Part shown: positions 55,748 to 61,995 of the stretch, piece by piece
How positions within the stretch are numbered: the first letter of the stretch is position 1
Layout of the letters: every line of letters starts with the position of its first letter
NCBI GenBank assembly: GCA_045631445.1
Contig: JAZQUS010000045.1
Location: 1 to 61,995, forward strand
From: Eubacteriales bacterium
Lineage (GTDB): Bacteria > Bacillota > Clostridia > Oscillospirales > CAG-272
DNA: 61,995 nucleotides
Direction: 5' to 3'
Notes under the pieces: model-generated
Databases searched by the model: none
Told to the model about the DNA's origin: nothing
What the model saw: only the letters and a program-made list of their open reading frames with translations
Made by a program: the position numbers and the translations under genes

Positions 55748-57241
55748 TTTATTAAGATAATCCACAAATCTATCAAAAGCAGTTTGTCCTTCTTCGTTTC
55801 GTTTGAAGACACCCGCATCGCACAAAACCTCGCTAAACACCTTACCAATTTCCATATCAAGAATTGCTCTTGCATTTTCACTTGAAAATTCAGAGTGTCT
55901 TGCCAGAACATCCTTTGCCCACTCCGCGTGAGAAGCAGTTTCAGGAATTTCATCAATATTTTCACCGTTAAGCAATGCCTTTTCGAGCACAGAAATCTCG
56001 TTTGCAAGTCTTGCAGGTAAAACCGCAAGACCCATAACCTCAATAAGACCAATATTCTCCTTCTTTATGTGATGCAAAGTGGGATTTGGATGAAAAAGTC
56101 CAAGTGGTCTTTCTTCGGTAGTCAAATTGTTACGAAGAACAAGATCGCAAACGTAAATATTACCATTCATTCTTGCAATAGGAGTTATTGTATTATGAGG
56201 CACACCCTCAGTTTCCGCAAATATGTAGGCCGCAGGGTCACTGTAACCTCTCCACTTAGAGAGCACAAGGTCACAAGCCTCAACAAGCTCATCACGATTT
56301 TCCGAGCTTAAACGAATAACCGACATCGGCCACTTAACAATACCCGCTTTAACGTTTTGATAGCCCTCAATTTCAAAATTTCTATCAATTACCGCCTTTT
56401 CCATTGCAAAAGTATATCTTCCACCCTGGAAATGCTCGTGACTCAAAATAGAACCGCCAACGATGGGCAAATCCGCGTTTGAACCCACAAAATAATGTGG
56501 AAATTTCTCAATAATATCAAAAAGCTTTGAGAAAACCGAACGGTCAATCTTCATTGGAACGTGCTTTGAATTAAACACGATGCAATGCTCATTATAATAT
56601 CCGTATGGAGAATACTGAAGCTCCCATCTCTCGTTATTAACAACAATAGGAATGGGCCTTAAATTCTGTCGAGCAGGATGATTTGCATGTCCTGCAAACC
56701 CTGCATTTTCAGAACAAAGCTGACATTTGGGATAACTGCTTGCCTTTTGCAATTTAGCAGCGGCAATATCCCTTGGATCCTTTTCGGGCTTAGATCTATT
56801 TATAGTGATATCAAGAGTTCCGTAATCGCAATCATAGGTCCAAACCAAATCTCTTGCTATTCTCTCTGCGCGAACGTAGTTAGTGTTTTTGCTATACTGA
56901 TAATACCAATCCGTTGCTTCTTTGGGAGATTGCTCATACCTTCTATTAAATTCCGCAATAACCTCGCGCGGCATTGCTGTAAGAAGTCCCATAATTTTTG
57001 TATCGAAGAGGTCGCGTGAATTGGTGGTGTCGGCAATTATCCCGTTTTCACAGGCATAATCAATGATGGGGGCAAGTATTGCTTCTATACTATCCATATC
57101 GGCAGCCATTGCATTTTCATTCCAATCAGAAAGCTTCAAGACATCCATGATAGCATTACGAACCACTATCACGTCGTCTTCCATTATAAGTTGATTTTTA
57201 ATACCGTAATTAATTAAATTTTGAATTGCTTCACAAATCAT
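55745..57241 (-). CDS. galT: UDP-glucose--hexose-1-phosphate uridylyltransferase (Firmicutes type II)
   Basis: TINRSKPEKDPRDIA, YPKCQLC, YSPYGYYNEHC, GGSILSHEHFQGG, HIKKENIGLIEVMGLAVLP. Confidence 0.95.
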   Translation of the reverse strand: MICEAIQNLINYGIKNQLIMEDDVIVVRNAIMDVLKLSDWNENAMAADMDSIEAILAPIIDYACENGIIADTTNSRDLFDTKIMGLLTAMPREVIAEFNRRYEQSPKEATDWYYQYSKNTNYVRAERIARDLVWTYDCDYGTLDITINRSKPEKDPRDIAAAKLQKASSYPKCQLCSENAGFAGHANHPARQNLRPIPIVVNNERWELQYSPYGYYNEHCIVFNSKHVPMKIDRSVFSKLFDIIEKFPHYFVGSNADLPIVGGSILSHEHFQGGRYTFAMEKAVIDRNFEIEGYQNVKAGIVKWPMSVIRLSSENRDELVEACDLVLSKWRGYSDPAAYIFAETEGVPHNTITPIARMNGNIYVCDLVLRNNLTTEERPLGLFHPNPTLHHIKKENIGLIEVMGLAVLPARLANEISVLEKALLNGENIDEIPETASHAEWAKDVLARHSEFSSENARAILDMEIGKVFSEVLCDAGVFKRNEEGQTAFDRFVDYLNK

Positions 57242-57251
57242 AGCATTCTCC

Positions 57252-57776
57252 TTATACTCTGTTAACTGAAATTATATGTTCCTTGGCAGGAGCATCATCC
57301 GTTCCGTATCCAAAGGCAACCGCAAGCAGGGGTTCAAATCCCTCTGGGATTTCCAAATCTCTCTTTAAAGAATTATTTTTTGAAATTGCCGCAATAGGTC
57401 CGCCAAGTACAACCGAGTCAATCCCCATAGACGTTGCAGCTATTACCATATTTTCAATCACAAATCCTGCGTGAGCGTATTCTACTCCCTCTCTATATGC
57501 AGGAGCAGATGAAACGATTATAACCGTTTTAGCACCGAAATTCATATTTTTTCTAATGCCTATTTCTTTGAAAAGAGTTTCCTCTGCCTCATTAAATATG
57601 CGCTCGAGCATATCATCATTTTGAACTATCGTAAGGTGAAGGGTATCGTATCTTCCCATTCCAATAGGCGCAGAACATCCCGCCTTGACAATTTGTTCAA
57701 GCAATTCCTCAGAAATTTGTTTAGGAAGGTATGCTCTTGTTGATTTTCTTTTAAAAATCGCCTCTAATGTATTCAT
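57252..57776 (-). CDS. Nitroreductase-family flavoprotein
   Basis: AIFKRKSTRAY, AGCSAP, ENMVIAATSMGIDSV, PLLAVAFGY; AAGGAG RBS before ATG 57776. Confidence 0.88.
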   Translation of the reverse strand: MNTLEAIFKRKSTRAYLPKQISEELLEQIVKAGCSAPIGMGRYDTLHLTIVQNDDMLERIFNEAEETLFKEIGIRKNMNFGAKTVIIVSSAPAYREGVEYAHAGFVIENMVIAATSMGIDSVVLGGPIAAISKNNSLKRDLEIPEGFEPLLAVAFGYGTDDAPAKEHIISVNRV

Positions 57777-57790
57777 ATAATTCTCCTTTA

Positions 57791-58483
57791 TCAATATCTT
57801 TCAGTAATCAATTTCAAAATAGCTGTGTAATCCCTTCCGTCAACTATAACGTGCTCAACCAAGGCCACTCCAATAATTTTCAGTTCTCTCTCAAGCAAAA
57901 TAGTAAAATCTATATCCTCAGTTGATGCTTCAACACCACCGTTTGGATGATTATGAAATATTGCAACCGCAGTTGCGCGCTTCAAAACGCATAGCTCCAT
58001 TATAGTTCTTAGAATTGGTTTTGCCTCGTTTACTGTTCCGATTGCTATAACGTTGGACGAAATAATATTAAAATTATCATCCATAAACACAGCACAAACA
58101 AGCTCATTAGTAGCCCCCAAAGTATGAATATTTGCATATTCAACAAGGTCATCAATGCTTACAATCCTCTTGTGTTCATCAAAACAATTTTCAACATATT
58201 CCTTGGCAAGCATCAATGTCAAATTAATGAGAATCGCACTTTTATCACCAATGCCGCGAACAAGCTTCAGTTCATCAACGGACGCCTCCATAACTCCCTT
58301 GACAGAACCAAATCTTTCAATAAGCAAGTGAGCAATTTCATTAGTGTTTGAACGAGGAATAGAATAAAACAATAAAAGTTCAAGCAGCTCATGATCACTA
58401 AATCCTTTGGCACGCGAAGCTAAATACCGCTCTCTTACTCTCTTTCTATGTCCCGAATGTGAATTGATGGTTGATTTTATCAT
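57791..58483 (-). CDS. radC: RadC-family JAB/MPN domain protein
   Basis: GHRKRVRERY, DHELLELLL, HNHPNG, EDI, EHVIV; AAGGAG RBS before ATG 58483. Confidence 0.92.
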   Translation of the reverse strand: MIKSTINSHSGHRKRVRERYLASRAKGFSDHELLELLLFYSIPRSNTNEIAHLLIERFGSVKGVMEASVDELKLVRGIGDKSAILINLTLMLAKEYVENCFDEHKRIVSIDDLVEYANIHTLGATNELVCAVFMDDNFNIISSNVIAIGTVNEAKPILRTIMELCVLKRATAVAIFHNHPNGGVEASTEDIDFTILLERELKIIGVALVEHVIVDGRDYTAILKLITERY

Positions 58484-58797
58484 AAAGCATTCTCCTTTAA
58501 AATCTACCTTTATTATACAAAAAAAACACCCTCGTGTCAACAAGATATTGTTCATTACATAAATATAGATATGTTTTTATTCGCATTTTACTTGACTTTT
58601 TAATAAAAATATAGTATAATTTTTTATGAACATAACAATTTGTTAAAATTTAGTTCTAAATTTGGCAACATTTACTTTGGATTTTTAATTTCAAGTTTTT
58701 TTAAGGATTTTAAATTATAATATCTCTATACTGGTAAAAATTTGTTATTTTAGTTTGTTTTATGTAATATATCTACCATTTCAGGAGGAAGTCAAAC

Positions 58798-59493
58798 ATG
58801 TTAGATACAAAAATTCTCGTTATCGATGATGACGTTGCAATTTGTGAAACATTAAAAAATTATTTTGAAAAAGAAGGATATGAGGTTAAAACTGTCAACG
58901 ATGGTATTGCGGGTATCGATAGCTTCAAGCTATATAATCCCGATATCGTTCTTCTTGATATAGTGCTTTCAAAAAAAGACGGTTGGCAGGTTTGCCGCGA
59001 GATTCGCGAAGTTTCAACTCAGCCAATCATAATTATCAGTGCAAAGAACGATACATTTGATAAAGTTCTTGGACTTGAATTGGGTGCCGATGATTATCTT
59101 GTAAAGCCCTTTGATATCAAGGAACTTTCCGCGCGAGTTAAGGCAGTTCTCCGTCGCACGCGTTTGCATAGCACCACAAAGAACGATAGCGAAGTTATTA
59201 AATTTGATAACATTGAAATCAGTCTTGAAAAATATGAGCTTAAGCTCTGTGGAAAATCCGTTAGCGTTCCTCCAAAGGAATTGGAGCTTCTCCACTTCCT
59301 TGCATACAATAGAAACCGAGTTTTCACTCGCGATCAGTTACTTGATAAGGTTTGGGGTTTTGACTATCTTGGAGACTCAAGAACTGTTGACGTTCACATC
59401 AAGCGTCTTCGTGAAAAGCTCGACGGAACAAGTGATAAATGGGTTCTCAAAACAGTTTGGGGCGTTGGATATAAATTCGAAATTTTAGAGTGA
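58798..59493 (+). CDS. OmpR/PhoB-family response regulator (no adjacent kinase)
   Basis: VIDDD, LLDIV (phospho-Asp), GADDYLVKPF, RTVDVHIKRLREKL, VWGVGYK. Confidence 0.95.
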   Translation: MLDTKILVIDDDVAICETLKNYFEKEGYEVKTVNDGIAGIDSFKLYNPDIVLLDIVLSKKDGWQVCREIREVSTQPIIIISAKNDTFDKVLGLELGADDYLVKPFDIKELSARVKAVLRRTRLHSTTKNDSEVIKFDNIEISLEKYELKLCGKSVSVPPKELELLHFLAYNRNRVFTRDQLLDKVWGFDYLGDSRTVDVHIKRLREKLDGTSDKWVLKTVWGVGYKFEILE

Positions 59494-59498
59494 ATATA

Positions 59499-59528
59499 AA
59501 AAGCTGACCATATAATCGGTCAGCTTTT
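59499..59528. terminator. Bidirectional terminator
   Basis: AAAAGCTGACC-ATATAATC-GGTCAGCTTTT. Confidence 0.8.
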
Positions 59529-59543
59529 GTTTTTTTATTTAAT

Positions 59544-59942
59544 CTATTTAGCCAGTTTCACAATCTGATCTCTAACCCATTTTTTATCTCTGAAATTATC
59601 GGCAAACTCCTCGAAATCATCAAAAATCTTAATTTCGTATTTCAAGGTATCTATATCGTGATTTATGTGTACATATACACTCGTATCGTGTAAAGTAAAA
59701 TCAATATTTTCTATTTCGATAGTTTTTGTTGGAGTCGTTATTTTCATCATAAAAGTGTGTTCACCTTTGCAAAGACGATGTAAAGCAAGTTGCTGATTCA
59801 TCCTACTTTGTTCAGTGCCGTCAAGAAAAGGAAAGCATTTGTTAGTATTAATAACCGCATAGCTACAATACACAATTAAATTGTTAGTTCCAATTACTTC
59901 CAACGCTTTTTTTGTCCTCCGCAATAGCCTTAGCAACCTCAT
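59544..59942 (-). CDS. Hypothetical protein; possibly the C-terminal half of a frameshift-split gene
   Basis: Open frame overlapping the upstream ORF by 59 bp around an A7 run; no confident start. Confidence 0.45.
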   Translation of the reverse strand: MRLLRLLRRTKKALEVIGTNNLIVYCSYAVINTNKCFPFLDGTEQSRMNQQLALHRLCKGEHTFMMKITTPTKTIEIENIDFTLHDTSVYVHINHDIDTLKYEIKIFDDFEEFADNFRDKKWVRDQIVKLAK

Positions 59943-60426
59943 ATTCGCGACGTGCTATTGTCAATTCTTGCTCCAACCTTTCGATTTCATTTTCTATTTG
60001 AGGAATTTTTGAATTGCTCGCATAAATCAATTGAATTTTATTATTGATTCTATCAATTTCTTCATCAATCACCGTAATTCTTTCAGTATATTCATTGTCG
60101 TATTTAGGCTTAATCCAAAAAGCCAAAAAAAGTATCACCGCAGCAGTGACAAGAGACAAGATTGAAAATAAAATCATGTACCTGATAGCCAACACAAATG
60201 AACTAACCGCAAGAATAAAGGAAATTGCACACATAAAAGGAAATATTAACTTTATTGCAATTTTCTTTTTCTTTTGATTTTTTTCTTCAAGCTCCTTGGT
60301 CAAAGGAGCAACCTGTACCTCAAGTGCTTCGTAAAGAGAATTGACATCACTTTTTAATTTGTTTATTTTTTGATCACAATCAGTAATAAAAGCAAGAATT
60401 TCATCAGGTTCTCTCATAGCATCCAT
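59884..60426 (-). CDS. Hypothetical membrane protein with coiled coils flanking two TM helices
   Basis: 180-aa ORF, AAGGA RBS, hydrophobic pair at aa ~55-101 between heptad-like charged segments. Confidence 0.6.
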   Translation of the reverse strand: MDAMREPDEILAFITDCDQKINKLKSDVNSLYEALEVQVAPLTKELEEKNQKKKKIAIKLIFPFMCAISFILAVSSFVLAIRYMILFSILSLVTAAVILFLAFWIKPKYDNEYTERITVIDEEIDRINNKIQLIYASNSKIPQIENEIERLEQELTIARREYEVAKAIAEDKKSVGSNWN

Positions 60427-60587
60427 CCTTAATTTTTATATATTCAATCACAGTATAACACTATAATTACCTTTTGTCAAGTTCACAAAAAAAACGCTCA
60501 TTCAGTTTTTTTAAAATCCATCTTGCAAAAATGGATAAAATATGGTAATATATAAAATGGATTAATTTGTGATGATTGGAGATAGAC

Positions 60588-61694
60588 ATGATTATCGAAC
60601 TTGAAGAATACAAATATAAATTAATTGGAATGAGAAAGGATATCGAAGAGCTTCACGATGCACTTCGAATCGCAGAACTCACAAAACAGGTAAACGAGAT
60701 GGAAGAAAAGACTCTCGACCCTGACTTTTGGAGTGACCAAACCAACTCATCTAAAATTTTGCAGTCAATCAAGCAGGGCAAGAAAAAGCTTGACGAATTT
60801 AACGGTCTTGCACAACGCCTCGAGGACGCAATTGCTCTTGCAGATATGGCTATAGAAGAAAACGAAGAGGGCTATGCAGAAGAAGTAAAGGCAGAGCTTG
60901 AATTTGTTGAAAAGGAAGAGGAAAGAATGAGAATTGAAATTCTTCTTTCAGGTCAATACGATAGAAACAATGCCATCGTTTCCTTCCACCCCGGCGCAGG
61001 TGGTACTGAAGCGCAGGACTGGGCTCAGATGCTTTATAGAATGATTACCCGTTGGGCAGAAGCGCACGATTTTACAGTTAAGCTTCTCGACTGGCTCGAT
61101 GGTGATGCAGCAGGAATTAAGAGTGCCACAATTATGGTTGAGGGTGAGAATGCTTACGGCTATCTCAAGAGTGAAAACGGTGTTCATCGCCTTGTGCGCG
61201 TTTCTCCATTTGATGCAAACGGAAGACGTCAAACCTCATTTGCTTCAATCGAAGTAATGCCTGAATTTGAAGATGATAACACAATTGAGCTTCGTATGGA
61301 GGACCTCGACATCACCGCGCACCGTTCAAGTGGTGCAGGTGGTCAGCACATCAACAAAACCGACTCTGCTATCCGTATCTTGCATAAGCCCACGGGTATC
61401 GTTGTTGGTTGCCAGACCGAAAGAAGCCAGCTTCAAAACAAGGAAACCGCTCTCAAAATGCTCAAATCCAAGCTTCTTGAAATTAAAATTCGTGAAAATC
61501 TTGAAAGAGTTGAAGATATTCAGGGTAATAAAGCAAATATCGAATGGGGCTCACAGATTCGTTCCTACGTGTTTATGCCCTACACTCTCGCAAAGGATAC
61601 AAGAACAGGTCACGAAAACGGCAATATCCAAGCAGTTATGGACGGTGACCTCGACGGATTTATTAACGCTTATCTTAAACACATAACAAAATAA
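60588..61694 (+). CDS. prfB: Peptide chain release factor 2, uninterrupted reading frame
   Basis: GAGGTEAQDW, GVHRLVRVSPFD (SPF), SSGAGGQH (GGQ), WGSQIRSYV; GGAG RBS before ATG 60588. Confidence 0.97.
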   Translation: MIIELEEYKYKLIGMRKDIEELHDALRIAELTKQVNEMEEKTLDPDFWSDQTNSSKILQSIKQGKKKLDEFNGLAQRLEDAIALADMAIEENEEGYAEEVKAELEFVEKEEERMRIEILLSGQYDRNNAIVSFHPGAGGTEAQDWAQMLYRMITRWAEAHDFTVKLLDWLDGDAAGIKSATIMVEGENAYGYLKSENGVHRLVRVSPFDANGRRQTSFASIEVMPEFEDDNTIELRMEDLDITAHRSSGAGGQHINKTDSAIRILHKPTGIVVGCQTERSQLQNKETALKMLKSKLLEIKIRENLERVEDIQGNKANIEWGSQIRSYVFMPYTLAKDTRTGHENGNIQAVMDGDLDGFINAYLKHITK

Positions 61695-61700
61695 AAATTT

Positions 61701-61730
61701 AGCGCGATGTAGTTCAACATCGCGCTTTTT
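61701..61730. terminator. Bidirectional terminator after prfB
   Basis: AGCGCGATGT-AGTTCA-ACATCGCGCTTTTT. Confidence 0.85.
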
Positions 61731-61836
61731 ATTTACCAATCAAAAAACAAACAAAATACATCATCACACACGCAACGAGTAGAATCCTCTCCCACCTTTT
61801 CTCTTTGCTGTCTATCCGCTTTATCCTGTATTTCAT
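61729..61836 (-). CDS. Putative small membrane peptide (35 aa, MKYRIKRIDSKEKRWERILLVACVMMYFVCFLIGK), not in the ORF track
   Basis: Hand-translated; purine-rich GAAGGCGGTGGGGT before ATG, TATAAT at 61861-61856, stop abuts terminator. Confidence 0.5.
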   Translation of the reverse strand: MKYRIKRIDSKEKRWERILLVACVMMYFVCFLIGK

Positions 61837-61888
61837 ACCCCACCGCCTTCAATCAATTATATTCGGGCAAAGTGAAAAAATGAATAAT

Positions 61889-61903
61889 AAATTGGGATTT
61901 ATC
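61889..61903 (+). repeat. Left terminus G of the repeat family
   Basis: AAATTGGGATTTATC identical to 16243-16257. Confidence 0.55.
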
Positions 61904-61995
61904 TATGCCTTCCCAAGTCGGAGGCCCAAGCGGTCTTAGGAAGACAAGACCTGATAACAACTCCTTGGCTCACAGAACGACATGGCTACGATCCG

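Noticed and set aside
57791-58483. radC as a prophage or ICE marker
   Set aside because: Full-length chromosomal type with N-terminal helical domain; no phage or conjugation genes nearby
58555-58797. Riboswitch or T-box in long intergenic regions
   Set aside because: No recognisable conserved aptamer or T-box motif; sequence is AT-rich divergent-promoter DNA

Overview
A 62-kb chromosomal segment, most likely from a spore-forming Clostridia-class Bacillota (inferred from spoIVB, a GerA/SpoVAF-like gene, RNase J and type II galT). It has three parts. (i) A core region at 1-21.8 kb carries spoIVB, a ROK glucokinase, a PrsA-like foldase, rnj, truB, trmB, ychF and three tRNAs (Arg-CCG, Met-CAT, Glu-TTC), plus a small accessory islet (DUF2752/TM2/XRE, SDR, TetR). 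It is densely seeded with palindromic non-coding elements. These share one pair of oriented ~16-bp termini but carry different classes of REP-like hairpins. (ii) A ~33.6-kb AraC-associated glycan-utilisation locus at 22.0-55.7 kb encodes ten predicted lipoproteins, GH2, GH3, two GH43, three SGNH-type esterase candidates, three phospho(di)esterase candidates, a sugar ABC system whose ATPase has two large insertions, and an RDD protein. A GLUG surface module recurs in four copies on three proteins. (iii) A core tail carries galT, a nitroreductase, radC, an orphan response regulator, a probably frameshift-split gene, and prfB without its programmed frameshift. Two small membrane-peptide ORFs missed by the ORF track were found. 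No transposase, integrase, CRISPR array, cas gene or reverse transcriptase is present. The best candidates for an undescribed system are the lipoprotein-rich de-acetylating/de-phosphorylating glycan locus and the modular REP-carrying repeat family. All family assignments come from motif recognition by eye, not database searches.
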